A DNA stretch of 64,000 bases, from the IMG/VR virus record IMGVR_UViG_3300028833_000003. The stretch is one strand, 5' to 3'. The translations under genes were made by a program, and so were the position numbers. Under the pieces are notes generated by a model. It was not told where the DNA came from and did not search any database. It saw only the letters and a list, made by a program, of their open reading frames with translations. Positions 60,701-64,000 of this stretch are shown piece after piece; the first letter of the stretch is position 1; each line of letters opens with the position of its first letter. The DNA comes from a virus.

Positions 60701-63700
60701 GTAGCGCTTACTGAAGTTGCTGCTGGCGGGTCTGCACTAGCATTATTAGCACGAGCAGAAATTTTAATAACGCCGTATTTACCACCAGAGTATCGAGAAT
60801 GTATAAATAAAATTGCATCTCTATCAACATATGAACCAGTTCCTAAATTAGTAGTAGCTACACGATGCCAAGGATAATGATTAGTATTACCAGAATTAAC
60901 AGTAACATAATTATGATACCAAGTTAATGCTGTTGGAGTACCATTATTAAGATAAATACCTCTACACTCACTGCCAACTGTTGTTGTACCTAATTTAGAT
61001 GCTGCACCAGTCAAATTACCAACAAAACCATTAGTTGCAGTTACGCTGCCTGGGAAAGTGCTATTACCACTAGTATCAAATAATTTAATTTCTTTAGCAA
61101 CTATATTAGAAGTATTGTAACGTCTAACTACAATCTATTCGTTATTACCATCATCGCCAACAGCAATTTCTAATAAACCAGCATTCGCGGTTTCTTCTAA
61201 ATGACGAATCCAACCAGCATCATTATTTCCATTACCATTTAATGGGTCAGCAAATGCAATAGCGTTACTATAAATAAATACACCACGCTTATTACTATTA
61301 TAAGGTAGTTTATCTGGCATACCAGATGTAAGAGCCATACGAATATGGTTTCCTCCCGCTGCGGAACCACCTTGTACCCACAACCCACCTGTCTAAATCG
61401 TTGTTGCACCATTGATAAATAAAACACTACCATCTGTTTGTTCTGCGTGCTAACCAATTGTTAATTTAGGTACTGATATACGCACACCAGTTGCAAGCGT
61501 AGTTCCAGTTGGAGCATGCAAACGTATATTACCTTCTGAATTATAAGACTTAGCATTGTCAGTAACACCAATGTAACAATAGCTTAAACTATTTGCAGAA
61601 CCAAAATTACCAAAATTACTTAAAATAGATGTTTTATCATTTTTATAAGCATCAAATACTGTCCAAGCCCAACCGCCACCGCCATCTTTAACACGAGAAC
61701 TAAAAAATTGACTAGTATTTTCTGAGCCATAAAACTAAGATGTACCTAAAGTTTTATAAGTTTCGCTTAAATCCCCAACATATGATGCGGCAATAGCAGA
61801 ACCGTGCCAAGTACCAGCAGTAATAGTACCAACTTTTGTAATTTCAGTTAAATTTTTTTCTGTTATAATTCTATAATTCTTATTAGCAGTCAAACCAGTA
61901 GCAACTGTTGGTAAATAATATGTTTCATAATAACCGGTAGTAGTAGTCGTAGCAGGATTATTAGGACTATATTGACGCCAATTCCATATGCCTGTTGTTA
62001 CATTAGTTGCATCACCTACATCATACCAGGTTTCAGCTACTCTATTAAGAGCATTATTTCGTAATACTATATCTTTGATATAACGAGAAGTCGAACCCCA
62101 ATAACCATATCCACGTACATCTAGTACATAGTTACCAACTAACGGTGCCATAGTAGTAATAGCATTATCTTGATTAATTGTAAATAAAGCATTTGATTTA
62201 GTTGAGCCATGATTATGCAACCAAATGCCTCGATTACCAGTATCTGTCCCAGCACTATATAAATAAATGTCACCAGCATTGCTTTGTGCTTTTACATTAA
62301 TTTCTTTGCCTGATGTTGTTCTACCAGCAACAATATGAGAATTAGTATGTATTTGTTTTGTTACGCCTAAACCGCCACCAATACGAACTGCCCCGTTATT
62401 ATAGTCAGTAGCATCTTGAGTATATTGTATATTGACTATATTACCCGCTGTGGCATCACCATAGCCCATAATAATCGGGCCACCGTTTATATTTAAATAT
62501 AGTCCTTGTTCTGATTCATTAACTTCAGTTCCACGATTACCATCTGAATCACAACCAGAAATTCCACGGACAATTAAAGCATTTGAACCAGCAGAACCAA
62601 TAATATGCACACTGCCAGTTAAATACGATGCCGCGCCAGTGGCAATACCACCACCAACTACTAATGCGCCAGTTGTAGAAGAAGTTGATGCCGTAGTGGC
62701 TTTAATTTTTACTGTACCCGCTTTATTAATTGTTAATAATCCATTATTACCATAAAGCCCTAATCCAACTGCATTTTCTGCATTGTTAGAACCATAATAA
62801 TGGAACTCAAGTACTGCCTAATTATTAGAACCATTACTCACACCTGTCATTAAGCATGTGTTACCACCGCTAGCTAAATTAGGAACTAAATGATTAATAC
62901 CCCAAGAATAAGTACCACTTTTCACCACAGTTGCTGGCGCGTTTGAGGTTAAATTAATCATACCTTTTGCGGCACTATCTGTGGCATTTGGATTATATTC
63001 TACTGTAGTTTGACCAGTGAATAACGCTCCGCCATTTTCATAAAAACGAATTTGTGCATCTGTTCTTGCAGTTGTACCATTATAAGTTGTATCTTTAACA
63101 TAACTAAATAATAAATCATCTGTATATGAAGAATCTGTATAGGAACCAATTTCCCAAGATCCATTACTAGTTTTTGTTGATACTACTGGTGAATAACCAG
63201 GAATTGAAGTTATTGCAATCAAAGCATTATCTCTGCCTTTATGCCAAGAAGATGCAATACCAGCTCTTGTAATAATATGACTTGTAATAAATTTAGAACC
63301 ATCCCAAGTTAAAGAACCACCTGATAACTTATTCGTTTGATTATAGGTAGTAAATAGTAATCGAGTATTACCATTTAAACCCTAAATTGCTAATGTCCCC
63401 GCGCTATTGACGTCACCCATTTGGGCATCATCACCGACTTTATTCCATGTGTTATTAGCGAAATTCAATGCGCCGGTCATAGTCCCGCCAGCCAATGGTA
63501 AATATTTATTAACTCCTAATGCGGTAATCATATTGGCCTTACTAACCCAGTAAGTTTTGCCACCATTTGCAAATGAATCAATCGCAAGAAAAAATTCTGC
63601 GGCGCTACCTTTTTCTGGTAATGCTACATTATCTTTCCAGCTTAATGGCGCGGTCATCTAACCGCCTTCTATAATTTGCGGTTTAAGAGTAGTAGTATAG

Positions 63701-63756
63701 AGCGTATCAGTTACTCTGGCGCTCCCTTGTATCAATGTATCTTTTAATTGTGCCAA
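57796..63756 (-). CDS. Giant tail fibre (1,986 codons, 15 in-frame TAGs)
   Basis: TTG start lies 7 nt after AAGGAGG (MAQLKDTLIQGSARVTDTLY...). Eight track ORFs (63382, 62818, 61735, 61135, 60250, 59797, 59035, 57901) share one frame and are separated only by TAG. Composition is Gly/Ser/Thr/Asn-rich with repeated G.AGKFL...P.W-type motifs. TAA at 57796. Confidence 0.75.
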
Positions 63757-63768
63757 TGTAATTCCTCC

Positions 63769-64000
63769 TTAACGCTCTATAAATTGTGTAGCATTAACAC
63801 TAAACATTTTTTTACTTATTTGCGCAGGTTTATTTAAATCTTCTTCTGTTTCAGTAAAATGAGAAGCTTCAAATATACCTGTTCTTTTTATTTGTGGTTT
63901 AAACTCATTGTCAGCAATATACCACTATAAATGCCGTACTTTCCATGTAACTGGATTAGACTATCCGTTGGTTACTAGCCCTAAACTTGAATAGTCTCTG
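63769..64000 (-). CDS. 3' end of an upstream structural gene (partial, two in-frame TAGs)
   Basis: The frame is open from the window edge to TAA 63769-63771, with 'cta' at 63961 and 63925. It lies directly upstream of the tail-fibre RBS. Confidence 0.5.

Noticed and set aside
1-64000. Integrase, attP, a lysogeny module, rRNA genes or transposases.
   Set aside because: No recombinase or repressor-type ORF, rRNA-like segment or inverted-repeat-flanked element was seen. The only nuclease-type selfish-element candidate is the GIY-YIG ORF at 32830, which lacks flanking repeats.

Overview
This window is a 64-kb segment of a large, AT-rich tailed dsDNA phage. The lysis genes suggest a Gram-positive (Firmicutes-like) host. 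All coordinates, folds and counts below were worked out by eye from the sequence, and no search or folding tool was run.

Layout:
- Plus strand, 1-53 kb: about 10.6 kb of tRNA genes (25 by hand folding) mixed with structured non-coding RNAs and small genes. This is followed by a TAG-free RNA-repair island (TROVE-like vWA protein, RlaP-like nucleotidyltransferase, RNA ligase, kinase, phosphoesterases). Then come nucleotide-salvage and nucleotide-metabolism genes and a full replication module: type II topoisomerase, DNA ligase, RNase H, SSB, a Sak4-like ATPase, DnaB-like helicase, primase, RecJ-like and RecD-like proteins, Pol III alpha, NrdDG, dUTPase and a RuvC-like resolvase.
- Minus strand, 53-64 kb: a convergent late module with holins, a three-domain endolysin, a radical-SAM enzyme, a roughly 2,000-codon tail fibre and other structural genes.

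Main observations:
1. TAG is a sense codon. I count about 74 in-frame TAGs in 23 genes. Every gene ends in TAA or TGA. A tRNA with anticodon CUA is encoded at 8715-8807. Family motifs favour Gln.
2. TAG use is modular. The RNA-repair and core replication genes have none, while the late module has about half of all TAGs.
3. Two circularly permuted tRNA-like modules (T arm, capped acceptor helix, D arm, closing helix) resemble YrlA-type Y RNAs. They sit in the same genome as a TROVE-like (DUF2828) vWA protein and an RNA-repair gene set.
4. A 34-codon Cys-x3-Cys-x3-Cys ORF is translationally coupled to a radical-SAM/Twitch enzyme inside the late operon. This is a possible RiPP-like cassette.
5. 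Several tRNAs are atypical: a long-variable-arm suppressor, two short-variable-loop tRNAs with Leu-box anticodons, and two tRNAs with C33.
6. A terminator/extended -10 promoter cassette recurs 19 times on the plus strand.
7. Three long non-coding regions look like large structured RNAs.
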